Of a stretch of 64,000 bases of DNA, positions 9,014-19,710 are shown piece after piece. Source of the DNA: an uncultured Thermoproteaceae archaeon (GTDB lineage: Archaea > Thermoproteota > Thermoprotei > Thermoproteales > Thermocladiaceae); NCBI GenBank assembly GCA_964575955.1, contig CAZNTG010000006.1, positions 544,001 to 608,000 of the forward strand, in the 5' to 3' direction. Below the pieces are notes generated by a model. It was not told the DNA's origin, made no database searches, and saw nothing but the letters and a program-made list of their open reading frames with translations. Each line of letters starts with the position of its first letter. Positions within the stretch are counted from its first letter, which is position 1. Both the position numbers and the translations under genes were made by a program.

Positions 9014-9063
9014 TCAGCCGAGAACCGAGTCTTCATTTATTCTGTGCCCGTTATACTCATCAT
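9014..9063 (-). ncRNA. box C/D sRNA
   Basis: Minus strand ATGATGA-GTATAACGGGCA-CAGA-ATAA-ATGAAGA-CTCGGTTCTCGG-CTGA; C box overlaps the enolase stop codon. Confidence 0.88.
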
Positions 9064-10322
9064 TTCTTTACTTGTGCCATTTTTGCTGCTTTTCCTAAGT
9101 AATCCCATATTCTTATTAGTTCATTAAGTTTTGCTACTCTTTCTCCTCCTGTAACTCCTGTCTTTATGAATGGTGCTCCAAAGCCAACTGCTATATGTGC
9201 AAGTAGTGGATATTCTGTCTCTCCTGATCTATGAGATACTACTAGTGTATATCCATGTGTTACTGCTACTTCTGCTGTTCTTCTAGCTCTTGTTAATGTA
9301 CCTATCTGGTCTGGTTTTATTATTATTGCATTTGCAGCTTTCATCTGTATTCCTTTTCTTAATCTCTCTTCATTTGTTACAAATATATCATCACCAACGA
9401 TTATTCTATCTGGAAACATTGATGTTAATTCTGCAAAGCTTTCATAATCTTCTTCATGAAATGGATCTTCTATATAGTATATGTCATACTTCTCTATTAG
9501 ATACTTCATATATTCTATCTGTTGTCTAGTATCTCTTTCAACTCCCTCATTCTTGTATATGTACTTCTTCTTCTCCTCATTCCATAGTGATGATGCTGCG
9601 ACATCAATACCAATCCTAATTTCTATTCCAAGTTTCTCTCCAACTTCCTTAACAGCTTTTGAAAGTATTTGAAGTGCTTTTTCTGTAGATATTCTAGGTG
9701 TCCATGCACCTTCATCATTTCTACCACCTGTAAATGATGGATCTTCTTTCATAAGTTCTTTCAAGACTGTCTTATGAACTTCAAAATTAGCTTTAACAGC
9801 TGTGTATGCATCTGGAGCACCTATAGGTATTGATAAAAATTCTTGAACATCAGGTCCTAGACCTCTACTATGTTTACCACCACCAATAACATTACCTACA
9901 GGATATGGTATGTATCTTGCAGATGTTCCACCAAGATGTTGAAATAGTGGTATTCCAAGCGCTTCAGATGCAGCTTTTGCAACAGCCATAGATGTTGCAA
10001 TTGCAACAGCACCACCAATTCTTGAGAAGTTTTCAGTACCATCAATCTCCTCAAGCTTTATATCTATGACAGCTTGTTTAGAAGCATCAAGACCTACAAG
10101 TTCAGGAACTACAAATCTCTCAAACGCTTCAATACCAGCATCAACACTATCATTAGGGAAGTACACAACCTCATGCTTACCTCTAGAAGCACCTGCAGGT
10201 GCTGCAGCTCTACCTACAGCACCTTCAAGCTCAACTTCAACTTCTACAGTCTCTTCACCTCTAGAATTGAATATCTTACGTATAGATAAGTCTCGTATAG
10301 ATGTAAGCTCTTCAATACTCAT
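9060..10322 (-). CDS. eno: Enolase (phosphopyruvate hydratase)
   Basis: NSRG, GASRG, DEG, DVAAS, IEDP, VGDD, SHRSGETE, IKTG motifs. Confidence 0.97.
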   Translation of the reverse strand: MSIEELTSIRDLSIRKIFNSRGEETVEVEVELEGAVGRAAAPAGASRGKHEVVYFPNDSVDAGIEAFERFVVPELVGLDASKQAVIDIKLEEIDGTENFSRIGGAVAIATSMAVAKAASEALGIPLFQHLGGTSARYIPYPVGNVIGGGKHSRGLGPDVQEFLSIPIGAPDAYTAVKANFEVHKTVLKELMKEDPSFTGGRNDEGAWTPRISTEKALQILSKAVKEVGEKLGIEIRIGIDVAASSLWNEEKKKYIYKNEGVERDTRQQIEYMKYLIEKYDIYYIEDPFHEEDYESFAELTSMFPDRIIVGDDIFVTNEERLRKGIQMKAANAIIIKPDQIGTLTRARRTAEVAVTHGYTLVVSHRSGETEYPLLAHIAVGFGAPFIKTGVTGGERVAKLNELIRIWDYLGKAAKMAQVKK

Positions 10323-10346
10323 CTAAATTACAAAACTGTTAAGTAA

Positions 10347-10988
10347 TTATAATGTTTTATCAAGTATAGCTTTAACAATATTGACAACAGGATACATATC
10401 TAAACTATAAACAACAAATTTAGCAACTTTACCAACCTCATCATCTAGAGGATTGAAAGCTATAGAATATCTAGCTCTAGCTAAAATTGGAATATCAATA
10501 CGACTATCACCAATAGCTATAGTCCTACTCCAATCAATATTTATAATATTTTCCAAAATTTTAGCAATACAATCTTTAGAACATACTCTAACAGAAATTG
10601 AATATACTTTACCATCTCTATATACGATACTGTTAGATATGTATAGATCGACATAATCTCTAACAAGTTCATAAGCAAGTTCAAGACCGCCACTAACCAT
10701 TACAATCCACACCCTATACTTCTTAAGAATTTTTAATAAATCTAAAACTCCAGGAATTAAATCATCAAACTTCATCTTTATACTATCTCTAGAATATCCT
10801 CTCCATAGAAAAGTATCAATAAAAGCCCAATCTTTATAATTAATCAATTTTCTAAATGCTGCCTCTCTATGCATATCTGCAATATCTTTACAACCTAAAA
10901 TTTCATGAATATATTGCCAAGAACTTCTATACTTAACAACAACACCATCAACATCTAGTACAGCATACTTAACTATACTTGAACACAT
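10347..10988 (-). CDS. HAD-superfamily hydrolase (phosphoserine phosphatase-like, subfamily IB)
   Basis: LDVDGV, VSGG, AIGDSRID, AFNP. Confidence 0.85.
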   Translation of the reverse strand: MCSSIVKYAVLDVDGVVVKYRSSWQYIHEILGCKDIADMHREAAFRKLINYKDWAFIDTFLWRGYSRDSIKMKFDDLIPGVLDLLKILKKYRVWIVMVSGGLELAYELVRDYVDLYISNSIVYRDGKVYSISVRVCSKDCIAKILENIINIDWSRTIAIGDSRIDIPILARARYSIAFNPLDDEVGKVAKFVVYSLDMYPVVNIVKAILDKTL

Positions 10989-11046
10989 TTAAAATTACTA
11001 AGAAGATAGATATATTTAAAAATATGTAATACAGACTACCTACAAT

Positions 11047-11388
11047 ATGCATAAAGACCAGATAGTTGGTGTAGGATTGATAGTATTGAGTATAGTCGTA
11101 ATAATCATATATGCATTACTGATGTTTGGACCATATATACCAATTTCTGCTATAAACTCGATATTTAATATGAATGTCTCAATAGCTGCACTACAGGTTA
11201 CAGCGTTTATAGGTATTGCTGTAATATTTGGAATACTTGCATGGGTTGGCTACACATTAGCAACAACACCACCTCCAAAGCCAATAGAGGAGATAGAGAA
11301 AGAGATTGAGGAAGAGTTGAAGAAGCTTGAAGAAGAGCTTAAGAAAGAACAGGAGAAGGAACAGAAAGCAGAACAGAAGTCTAGCTAG
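11047..11388 (+). CDS. Conserved archaeal 2-TM membrane protein with acidic coiled-coil tail
   Basis: Two hydrophobic helices, WVGYTLATTPPPKPIEEIEKE, charged tail. Confidence 0.75.
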   Translation: MHKDQIVGVGLIVLSIVVIIIYALLMFGPYIPISAINSIFNMNVSIAALQVTAFIGIAVIFGILAWVGYTLATTPPPKPIEEIEKEIEEELKKLEEELKKEQEKEQKAEQKSS

Positions 11389-12479
11389 GTATTGAATATT
11401 TTTAAAAGATTACCATCAATTCTACCAACGCATCTACCTGTCATGAATATTCTATAAAGTATTTTTTCTAAGTTATCACTATAAACAAGTTCGGAACTGA
11501 CAATTTGAAATTTAGCAATGTTACAAACTTCTAAATTTTCTAAAAATACCATATTGAATATATATACAGGATTAATATTGATGTTTAATAGAGTTCTAAC
11601 TTCACACCACATATCTGGATCAACAAGACCAACATTGTCCGTACCTACTAAAATCTTTTTACAATAATTTTTCAATAATTTTAAATTACATATCCTACCT
11701 ATAAACTTCATATTAGATCTTGGAGTTACTACAACAAGTTTATCTCTAAGTAATTCATAATTATTTACAAATATACAGTGTACTAATATATCTGCCTTTA
11801 ATATCTTAGTGGCAATTTCTAAATCACCTTCCTCTGCTGTATCTTGAGTTTCTGAAACATGTGTCATGATTAGTCTACCTTTTGAATGTACTATCTTCTC
11901 AATCTCTTTCAATTCATAGTCTGTATAGTTTAGTGGTGATATAAGCTCAATATTATAACCTTTATCAACAATCTTCTTAACTTCATCAATAATTTCATAA
12001 TTTGAATCATAATCTCTAACTATATGAAAGTATTCAGGTTCTAGAAATGGTATTGTATTGATAGGATATTTTGAACATACATCTTCAAGTATTTTAATAT
12101 TCTTAAGACCATACTCCAATACTACATATGCTTCTCCTACTCCTGTTCTATACATTATTTCATATGTCTTCTTAATACTTTGTCTAATTGTACATTCATC
12201 AACTTTCTTCAATAGTACATACTTTATTCCGAATGGTGCACCAACAACATCATCTATATACATACTTTGAAAGTATTTTCTTAAGAATAGGTCTTGTACA
12301 TGTATGTGCGCATTTATGAATTGTGGTAGTATTAGATTATCTATTTCTAATCCTGTTATTGATGTCTGTCTTCCTAAACCTACTATTTTTCCATCTTCTA
12401 TCTCTATCTGAGCTTTATGTACTATCCTTATTGAGCTATCACTATCTTTGTATATTAATGCTTTTGCCTTAACTATCAC
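11385..12479 (-). CDS. Amidohydrolase-family metal-dependent hydrolase/deaminase
   Basis: INAHIH, THVSET, LVHC, TPRSN, GTDN metal-ligand motifs. Confidence 0.85.
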   Translation of the reverse strand: MIVKAKALIYKDSDSSIRIVHKAQIEIEDGKIVGLGRQTSITGLEIDNLILPQFINAHIHVQDLFLRKYFQSMYIDDVVGAPFGIKYVLLKKVDECTIRQSIKKTYEIMYRTGVGEAYVVLEYGLKNIKILEDVCSKYPINTIPFLEPEYFHIVRDYDSNYEIIDEVKKIVDKGYNIELISPLNYTDYELKEIEKIVHSKGRLIMTHVSETQDTAEEGDLEIATKILKADILVHCIFVNNYELLRDKLVVVTPRSNMKFIGRICNLKLLKNYCKKILVGTDNVGLVDPDMWCEVRTLLNININPVYIFNMVFLENLEVCNIAKFQIVSSELVYSDNLEKILYRIFMTGRCVGRIDGNLLKIFNT

Positions 12480-12934
12480 TCTACTATGACTGTCTTATCT
12501 ACATATTTAACTTCTCTCAATTGTTTAAGTCTTCTTGCAAGTTTTACAGCTGCTTCGACAGCTCTTCTAGAGTATTCTTCAGCTCTTTCAAGTGCTTGTA
12601 ATCTTGTTGCTCCTGGACCTATAATTCCTAGTGTTACAGGTTTTCTAAATTGTATTGATATGTCTAGTAGTTTTCTAGCTGCTTGATTTGCAACAACCTC
12701 ATCATGTTTAGTCTCTCCCTGTACTACTGCTCCAAGTACTACTACTGCATCAACATCATCTCTTTGAGCAAGCTCATATGCTGCTAGTGGTGTATCAAAT
12801 GTTCCAGGTACTTTAACTATGTACGCTACTTCTGCTCCAAGAAATTTTGCATGATTTATAGCTTTTTGAAGCATTATGAATGTTATATCATAGTTAAATT
12901 CTGAAACTACTATTCCAATCCTAATTTTTTCCAT
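12476..12934 (-). CDS. ribH: 6,7-dimethyl-8-ribityllumazine synthase
   Basis: [28 protein letters not shown]; probable start at MEKIRIG. Confidence 0.95.
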   Translation of the reverse strand: MEKIRIGIVVSEFNYDITFIMLQKAINHAKFLGAEVAYIVKVPGTFDTPLAAYELAQRDDVDAVVVLGAVVQGETKHDEVVANQAARKLLDISIQFRKPVTLGIIGPGATRLQALERAEEYSRRAVEAAVKLARRLKQLREVKYVDKTVIVE

Positions 12935-13022
12935 ACTCTCTTTCGACTGTTCAAAATGCTTATCAGTGTTACCTAAGATCTTTGGTAACATTTAATTTCT
13001 ATAACCAAATCTACATGTAGTT

Positions 13023-14087
13023 ATGACTGTTAGAGTTGGTATTGTTGGAGCATCTGGATTTGTTGGTGGTGAACTACTTAGAATATTGTTAAACCATCCT
13101 CATGTAGATGTTAGAGTTGCTACAAGTAGAGAATTTAAGGGTGAGTATGTGTTTAGAGTTCATCCACATCTACGTGGTCGTACAATGTTGAAGTTTGTTG
13201 AACCAAGCATAGATATAATATCTAGAGAGTGTGATTATGTTTTTCTAGCAGTACCTCATGGTCAAAGTGTTAATCTTGTACCTAAACTACTTGAAGTTGG
13301 TATTAAAGTTCTAGATTTAAGTGCTGACTATAGATTGAAAGATCCTGAAGCATATGTCAAATGGTATGGTTGGGAAAAACCTCATCCATATCCTGATATT
13401 TTGAAGAAGGCTGTATATGGACTACCTGAAATTCATAGAGATGATATTAGAAATGCTCAACTTGTAGCAGTTCCTGGATGTATGGCAACTGCAGGAATAC
13501 TATCACTACTACCACTAGTCAAGTATGGTATTATTGAGTTGAGTAGAATTGTCATAGATGTTAAGATTGGTAGTAGTGGTGCAGGTGCACATGCACCAAG
13601 ACTAGACTTACACTCATATAGAACATACGTTGTAAGACCTTACGAAGTTGTTGAACATAGACATATTGCAGAGATTGAACAAGAATTATCATATGTAGCT
13701 AATAGACCTGTACAGGTAGCATTTACACCACATGCAGTAGATATTGTACGTGGTATATTAGCAACATCGCATAGTTGGGCTATAAAGCCAATATCAGAAC
13801 CTGAATTATGGAAAATATTTAGAGCTGTATATGGTAACGAGCCATTTATAAGAATAGCTAAAGATAAGTCAGGACTTCACAGATATCCAGATGTTAAATA
13901 TGTCATAGGTAGTAACTACTGTGATGTAGGTTTTGAAATAGATAAGAGAACTGGTAGAATTGTAACATTTGCAGCAATAGACAATCTTATGAAAGGTGCA
14001 GCAGGACAGGCAGTACAATGTTTTAACATAATGTTAAAAATTGATGAGAAAACAGCACTAGATATCACACCACTATTCCCAGTGTAG
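13023..14087 (+). CDS. lysY: [LysW]-aminoadipate/glutamate phosphate reductase (LysY/ArgC family)
   Basis: GASGFVG, DLSADYR, PGCMAT, HRH, DNLMKGAAGQAVQ. Confidence 0.9.
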   Translation: MTVRVGIVGASGFVGGELLRILLNHPHVDVRVATSREFKGEYVFRVHPHLRGRTMLKFVEPSIDIISRECDYVFLAVPHGQSVNLVPKLLEVGIKVLDLSADYRLKDPEAYVKWYGWEKPHPYPDILKKAVYGLPEIHRDDIRNAQLVAVPGCMATAGILSLLPLVKYGIIELSRIVIDVKIGSSGAGAHAPRLDLHSYRTYVVRPYEVVEHRHIAEIEQELSYVANRPVQVAFTPHAVDIVRGILATSHSWAIKPISEPELWKIFRAVYGNEPFIRIAKDKSGLHRYPDVKYVIGSNYCDVGFEIDKRTGRIVTFAAIDNLMKGAAGQAVQCFNIMLKIDEKTALDITPLFPV

Positions 14088-14129
14088 ATCAGACAAAGTT
14101 TTTTAGATAGATCAAAAACTCTCCACAGC

Positions 14130-14615
14130 ATGGGTTGGGGAGGAGGTGGATGGGGAAGAGGTAGAGGAGGCGGTTGGGGTGGTGGCGGAGGATGGGGTGG
14201 AGGTTGGGGTAGAGGACGTGGTGGATGGGGTTGGGCACAGCCAATACCTCAAATGCCAACACTACCTCCACCACCTCCAGGTACTACTCGTGTTGTAGTA
14301 TCTGTTGAAAATAATGCAGGTCTTGACAGTGTTGTAGGTCCTAGATTTGGTAGATCTCCATACTTTGCTATAGTTGATATTTCTAATGGTAGAGTTGCAA
14401 ATGTGCAAATAATTCCTAATCCCTGTATAGACATGCCTCATGGTGTTGGTGTAGCTGTAGCACAGTGGATTTTGAGTATAGGTGCTAGATGCGTAATTGG
14501 TGCACACTTCGGACCTAACGTTCTCATGGTTCTACAACAGGCAGGTATTAGAGTATGTAATGTTCAGCCAGGTATTAGAGTTCAAGATGCGTTGAAAATA
14601 TGTGGACTACTATGA
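14130..14615 (+). CDS. NifB/NifX-family (dinitrogenase FeMo-co biosynthesis-like) domain protein with Gly/Trp/Arg-rich N-terminus
   Basis: RFGRSPYFAIVD, HGVG, GAHFGPN; preceded by a GW/GR low-complexity tract and polyproline. Confidence 0.85.
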   Translation: MGWGGGGWGRGRGGGWGGGGGWGGGWGRGRGGWGWAQPIPQMPTLPPPPPGTTRVVVSVENNAGLDSVVGPRFGRSPYFAIVDISNGRVANVQIIPNPCIDMPHGVGVAVAQWILSIGARCVIGAHFGPNVLMVLQQAGIRVCNVQPGIRVQDALKICGLL

Positions 14616-14649
14616 TAAACTTTTAGACATATCTAAAACTTGTTAAATT

Positions 14650-15522
14650 GTGATTAGAGAGATAGCAGTAGCAAGTGGTAAAGGTGGTACAGGGAAGACA
14701 TTCATAGCGTCAAACCTGCTATACTACATATCTAAGTATGTAGATGAGAAATGTGTTGGTGTTGATGCTGATGCAGAAGCACCAGACTTAGCATTAGCAC
14801 TTGGAGACTACGTTGAGATATATTCTAGAGATGATGTATATGAATCTAAGAAAGCAGTAATAGATTATGAAAAATGTAATCTATGTTTAAACTGCTACAA
14901 CACATGTAGATTCTATGCAATAAACATAGATTCTCAAGGAAGACCAACAATAGTTGAAGAATATTGTGAAGGATGTGGTGCATGTAGTCTAGTATGTACT
15001 TCAGATGCCATAAATTATAGAGTTGTAAAAACAGGAACTGTAATATTTGGAAAAACTAGACATGGACAGAAAGTAGTAACTGCAGATTTAGAAGTTTCAG
15101 GTAGAAATACAGGACATCTAGTGTATATTGCTAGAGAAAAAGCAAAATCAATACCTGAATTGAAATATGTGATAATAGATTCAGCACCTGGAATTGGATG
15201 TCCTGTAATATCTAGCATTGTAGGTTCAAACCTACTTATAATATGTGTAGAACCAACAGAACAATCATATAATGGTTGTAGAAGATTAATACAGGTAGCA
15301 CAGATATTGAAAGTAGATTATAGAGTAATTATAAATAAGTATGATATGAATATTGAAATGAGTAATAGAATTGAGAAAGAGATAGGAAATAATGTAATCG
15401 GAAGAATACCATATAGTAGAGATATAGTTAAATCATATGCAGATATGATACCTATAATGGCTACAAATTCAAAAATTAGAAAAGATTTAGAAGAAATATT
15501 TGAAGAAATTTTGAAACTATGA
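14650..15522 (+). CDS. MinD/ParA-type P-loop ATPase with inserted 2x[4Fe-4S] ferredoxin (COG1149)
   Basis: SGKGGTGKT, CNLCLNCYNTC, CEGCGACSLVC, DSAPGIGCPV, NKYD. Confidence 0.9.
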   Translation: MIREIAVASGKGGTGKTFIASNLLYYISKYVDEKCVGVDADAEAPDLALALGDYVEIYSRDDVYESKKAVIDYEKCNLCLNCYNTCRFYAINIDSQGRPTIVEEYCEGCGACSLVCTSDAINYRVVKTGTVIFGKTRHGQKVVTADLEVSGRNTGHLVYIAREKAKSIPELKYVIIDSAPGIGCPVISSIVGSNLLIICVEPTEQSYNGCRRLIQVAQILKVDYRVIINKYDMNIEMSNRIEKEIGNNVIGRIPYSRDIVKSYADMIPIMATNSKIRKDLEEIFEEILKL

Positions 15523-16391
15523 TAATAGCAGTTGCAGGAGGTAAAGGTGGTGTTGGAAAGACAATAATTGCAAGTAATATAGCAATACTACTATCTAGAA
15601 TTGGAAAAACTATGATAATTGATGCTGATGTTGATAATCCATGTATTGAAAATACATTAAAAGTATTAAATATACAAGTATTGAAGATAGAGGAAGTATA
15701 TAGATTCAAACCTAGAATAATTATTGAAAAATGTGATCTCTGTAAGAAGTGTGTTGATACATGTCCTGAAAATGCTATAGTGATTATACCACAGATGAGA
15801 AATATATTCATAATAGATACACTATGTGCTGGATGTGGATGTTGTAAACTTGTATGTGATAGAGAAGCCATAGTTGAGGATAGGGAAATTGAAGGTACTG
15901 TGAAGATCTGTAAAGCGGGAACTATCGATCTAATTGTTGGAGAATTGAAACCAGGAGAAAAGAGGAGCTACATTGTCATGACAAAGATAATTGAAGGTTA
16001 TAGAGATCTATATAGAAATTATGACTATACAATAATTGATGCACCACCTGGAACAGGTGCTGGAGTATTTTCAATATTGAAAAATAGTGATATTCATATA
16101 ATAGTTACTGAAGCTACAAGATTAGGTTTTTCAGATTTTATGAAGATAATGAAGTTGAAGATTAGTAAAAATCTAAATCAGAAAACTATAGTTGTCATTA
16201 ATAAGTATGATCTCAATGTTGAGATTTCTAGAGAAATTGAAAATGAGGCTAGGAAAATTACAAACTACGTAGTCAGGATTCCATACTCTGATAATATTGC
16301 TAGAAGTTATATGATTGGAAAACCTATAGTTCTTGAAGATTTACCTGAAAAGAAGTATTTTGAAGATATTACTAAGATTATACTAAGCTAG
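15519..16391 (+). CDS. MinD/ParA-type P-loop ATPase with inserted ferredoxin (COG1149), second paralog
   Basis: GGKGGVGKT, CDLCKKCVDTCP, CAGCGCCKLVC, DAPPGTG, NKYD. Confidence 0.9.
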   Translation: MIIAVAGGKGGVGKTIIASNIAILLSRIGKTMIIDADVDNPCIENTLKVLNIQVLKIEEVYRFKPRIIIEKCDLCKKCVDTCPENAIVIIPQMRNIFIIDTLCAGCGCCKLVCDREAIVEDREIEGTVKICKAGTIDLIVGELKPGEKRSYIVMTKIIEGYRDLYRNYDYTIIDAPPGTGAGVFSILKNSDIHIIVTEATRLGFSDFMKIMKLKISKNLNQKTIVVINKYDLNVEISREIENEARKITNYVVRIPYSDNIARSYMIGKPIVLEDLPEKKYFEDITKIILS

Positions 16392-16392
16392 C

Positions 16393-16941
16393 TTACTCTT
16401 TCTTACCCTCCTTCTTATATCTCTCAATTGCGTCCATTATCATCTTTCTAGCTTCATCAGCACTCTTAAATCCTCTAACCTTAGTCCACTTTCCTGGCTC
16501 TAGCTCTTTGTAATGTTCGAAGAAGTGCTTTATCTTGTTTAATATTGCTTCTGGTAGATCATTTACATCCTTAACCTTTGACCATGTTGGGTCAACCTTG
16601 TCTATTGGTACTGCAATTATCTTATGATCTACACCTTCCTCATCTTCCATCTCAAGTACTCCAATTGGTCTTACTCTAATTACTGATCCAGGTGCTAGTG
16701 AGTAGTTACTTATTACGAGTACGTCTGCTGGATCACCATCAGGCATCAATGTCTGTGGTACTGTACCATAGTTGAATGGGTAGAACATTGCTGTATATAG
16801 TACTCTATCAACCATTATTGCTCCAGTATCCTCATCTATTTCATACTTTATGTTTGAGAATGCTGGTATCTCAATAATTACATATATGTCATCTGGTGGA
16901 TTCTTACCTGGTGGTAGTTTTTCGAAGAGTGTGCTCATCAT
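16393..16941 (-). CDS. ppa: Inorganic pyrophosphatase
   Basis: [25 protein letters not shown]. Confidence 0.97.
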   Translation of the reverse strand: MMSTLFEKLPPGKNPPDDIYVIIEIPAFSNIKYEIDEDTGAIMVDRVLYTAMFYPFNYGTVPQTLMPDGDPADVLVISNYSLAPGSVIRVRPIGVLEMEDEEGVDHKIIAVPIDKVDPTWSKVKDVNDLPEAILNKIKHFFEHYKELEPGKWTKVRGFKSADEARKMIMDAIERYKKEGKKE

Positions 16942-17062
16942 TATGTAAGTTTCAAAATCATTATTAAAGTATTAAGGTTTAGAGATTTTGTACATTTTTA
17001 AAACTTGTTTATATATTTTGCAGATATAGTACTTAAATATCTGATATAGTTAGTACATCTCC

Positions 17063-17752
17063 ATGGTTAAAGGATACTTAAGATGGCTTGGACATGCAGC
17101 ATTTGAATTAAATATATATGGAAAAACTATACTCATAGATCCATGGATTACTAATCCAAAATCTCCAATAACTTTAGAAGATTTGAAGAATGTAGATTTC
17201 ATATTAGTGACTCATGACCATGCTGATCATCTTGGTGAGACTGTAGAGATAGCTAAGAAGACTAATGCAACTGTTGTTGGAGTATATGAGTTAACACTCT
17301 ACATCTCTGAGCAAGGTGTTAAGAATACTATACCTCTAAATGTTGGTGGCTCTATAAAACTTACAAGTGAGATTGAAGTCTTTGCAGTACCTGCAGTACA
17401 TAGCTCAGGTAGGGGTGTTCCTGTTGGGTATGTCATAACTACTCCAGACGTAACAATATACCATGCTGGTGATACAGGACTCTTCTCAGATATGGAATTG
17501 ATAGGTAGGTTATTCAATATCGATATAGCTCTACTGCCTATAGGTGGTATATTTACAATGAGTCCTAGAGAAGCAGCAATAGCTGTAACATTACTAAGAC
17601 CTAGATATGTAATACCAATGCACTATAATACATTTCCAGAAATTAGACAAGATCCAGAATACTTCAAAGATCTTGTGGAGAGAGTAGCTCCACATGTTAA
17701 AGTATTAATAATAAATCCAGGCGATAAAATCGATATACCTCTAAAAATTTAA
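17063..17752 (+). CDS. Metallo-beta-lactamase-fold metal-dependent hydrolase (UPF0173)
   Basis: WLGHA, THDHADH, YHAGDT, PMHYNTF. Confidence 0.92.
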   Translation: MVKGYLRWLGHAAFELNIYGKTILIDPWITNPKSPITLEDLKNVDFILVTHDHADHLGETVEIAKKTNATVVGVYELTLYISEQGVKNTIPLNVGGSIKLTSEIEVFAVPAVHSSGRGVPVGYVITTPDVTIYHAGDTGLFSDMELIGRLFNIDIALLPIGGIFTMSPREAAIAVTLLRPRYVIPMHYNTFPEIRQDPEYFKDLVERVAPHVKVLIINPGDKIDIPLKI

Positions 17753-17763
17753 CTTAATAAAAT

Positions 17764-19002
17764 TTAGAATAGTGGTATACTCAACTTCTCACTCACTATA
17801 AGATCTGTAAGTCTCACAATATTGTCAAGCTCTTCTTTAACAATACTTTCAATCTCATTTCTCATCTCACCTGTAATTTCCTGTTTTGGAGTTATTACAT
17901 CTACACTAACACTTAAAGGCTCATTTATAGGTCTACCAATCTGACTTAGAAGATATACATGAACTTCCTCAATATCACGAACTTCTTCATATATCTTATC
18001 TGCAATCATGTTTGCAAGTATGTTATATAGTTTTCCAATATGGTTAACAGGATTCTTACCTGCAGCAGCCTCCATACTCATTGGTCTCATAGGCGTTATC
18101 AATCCTCTAACTCTATTACCTCTACCTGTACATCCATCATCACCACACTCTGCAGATGTTCCTGTTATTGTTAGATAGTATATTCCATGATCAGGATCGT
18201 CTGCAGTATTTACATAAACTTCAACATCAAGCTCAGGAACCACCTTACTAGCATAATCTTCTATATGTCTCTTAATTTCCTCCTTAAGATTTAGATATTC
18301 ATCTTTATCACGTACATGTCTACTAATTAATGCACATGCAACTGTCAGTAGTACCTTACTGCCCTGTCTAAATGCCATAACTTTAACATCTTCACCTGCT
18401 GCTGGAATCTTCATCTTAAATTCTCTAGAATTTATCAATCTCTCAACACCGTATACCAATCTCTCTGTTGGTGTTAGTGGTGCTATACCTACACCAAGAC
18501 TAGTATCATTTGCATGTGGTACTCTTCTAGTTAAACCCTTCTTAAATAGACCAACTAGATCTACACTACCTGAGCCTAATGCACATTCAATAATTACATG
18601 ATTTTCAGGATCTAGATATCTGAAGTTTTGTTGAATCCACTTCTTAGCTGATGATACTATAATCTCCTCAACAGGTACAATATCAATCTCCTTCTTACCA
18701 TTACGCTCAAGCTCTACTGTCATTGTTACTCTACCAGCAATTATGATCCTTATAGGTCTAATTATCTCGCCACCACCAAACTCTGGCTTAGCTTGACCAC
18801 CAACAACTAGTACTTTATCAACATTGTGGTGAAGTATTGTACCATACTTCTCTCTATAGTATTTACATAATCCGAGACTTGCAGCTTCAGCAACAGCATC
18901 AGCAATATAGTCAGGATGTCCAGTACCTTTCCTCTCTACAAATTCTACATCTCTCTTATATACAGGTATTGAGTCTATCTTAGTTATTGATATGGTTGTC
19001 AT
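17764..19002 (-). CDS. mat: Archaeal S-adenosylmethionine synthetase
   Basis: VERKGTGHPD, LHHNVDK, ANDTS, GEDVKVM, GRGNR, AGKNPVNH. Confidence 0.96.
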   Translation of the reverse strand: MTTISITKIDSIPVYKRDVEFVERKGTGHPDYIADAVAEAASLGLCKYYREKYGTILHHNVDKVLVVGGQAKPEFGGGEIIRPIRIIIAGRVTMTVELERNGKKEIDIVPVEEIIVSSAKKWIQQNFRYLDPENHVIIECALGSGSVDLVGLFKKGLTRRVPHANDTSLGVGIAPLTPTERLVYGVERLINSREFKMKIPAAGEDVKVMAFRQGSKVLLTVACALISRHVRDKDEYLNLKEEIKRHIEDYASKVVPELDVEVYVNTADDPDHGIYYLTITGTSAECGDDGCTGRGNRVRGLITPMRPMSMEAAAGKNPVNHIGKLYNILANMIADKIYEEVRDIEEVHVYLLSQIGRPINEPLSVSVDVITPKQEITGEMRNEIESIVKEELDNIVRLTDLIVSEKLSIPLF

Positions 19003-19006
19003 CGCA

Positions 19007-19285
19007 CTACCCTAATACTACATCTGTTGTTGATATGAAGAGTATCTGATTACCTCTAATATAGACTCTACCATATTTAACAACAGTTTGACTAGTTTTA
19101 GGATCTATCTCTTCAGCATCATCAAGAACAACATTCATACAGCTATCATATGCAGTTAATATTCCTCTTATAGCCTTGTTATTTTTCAACCTTATAATCA
19201 CATTCTTACCTAGCAGCTTTTGAAATATTTTTAGAGGTTGTATCATCTGAGCTGTGGACATTACAAATTCAACTATCCTAACCAT
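19007..19285 (-). CDS. Sm-like archaeal protein (LSm); probable start near 19261
   Basis: IRGILTAYDSCMNVVLDDAEE...YGRVYIRGNQI Sm1/Sm2 motifs. Confidence 0.92.
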   Translation of the reverse strand: MVRIVEFVMSTAQMIQPLKIFQKLLGKNVIIRLKNNKAIRGILTAYDSCMNVVLDDAEEIDPKTSQTVVKYGRVYIRGNQILFISTTDVVLG

Positions 19286-19458
19286 TATTTAACATTACGC
19301 TATTCATCAAGACTTTGAGAGTACTCCATGAGAATGTTTTTTAAGTAGGTATAAAAAGTAGGCTCAATACGTATATAAGTCCTTAACTCTCAAAGCTTTA
19401 AAAACCCAGAGAAAGATTTAAAAAGGGTTGAATAGATAAAAATTATGGGTGGGAGTTC

Positions 19459-19635
19459 ATGACAAGAAAAGTAAAGGCTATCGCCCTAATAGTAGCAGGA
19501 GCAATATTAACAGCACTACCTGAACCAATAACAACACCAATAGGAATAGCACTGATAAGCAAGGGGATAAAAATGCTTAAAGGAGCTCTAGAAGAGAGAG
19601 AAGTTAAAAAAGAGGATTTAAAAGAGGAAATTTAA
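19459..19635 (+). CDS. Small 58-aa membrane protein (absent from the ORF track)
   Basis: MTRKVKAIALIVAGAILTALPEPITTPIGIALISKGIKMLKGALEEREVKKEDLKEEI; GGGTGGGAG SD-like element and TTTAAAA box upstream. Confidence 0.65.
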   Translation: MTRKVKAIALIVAGAILTALPEPITTPIGIALISKGIKMLKGALEEREVKKEDLKEEI

Positions 19636-19710
19636 ATTTTTCCAATAATAACATCCATATTCTCAACATTTACAATATAGCATTAATATTTAACATAGCT
19701 TGATATAGAT

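Noticed and set aside
14130-14240. G-rich repeat as CRISPR, ncRNA or G-quadruplex element
   Set aside because: Fully explained by Gly/Trp/Arg codons. No repeat-spacer array was seen anywhere in the window.
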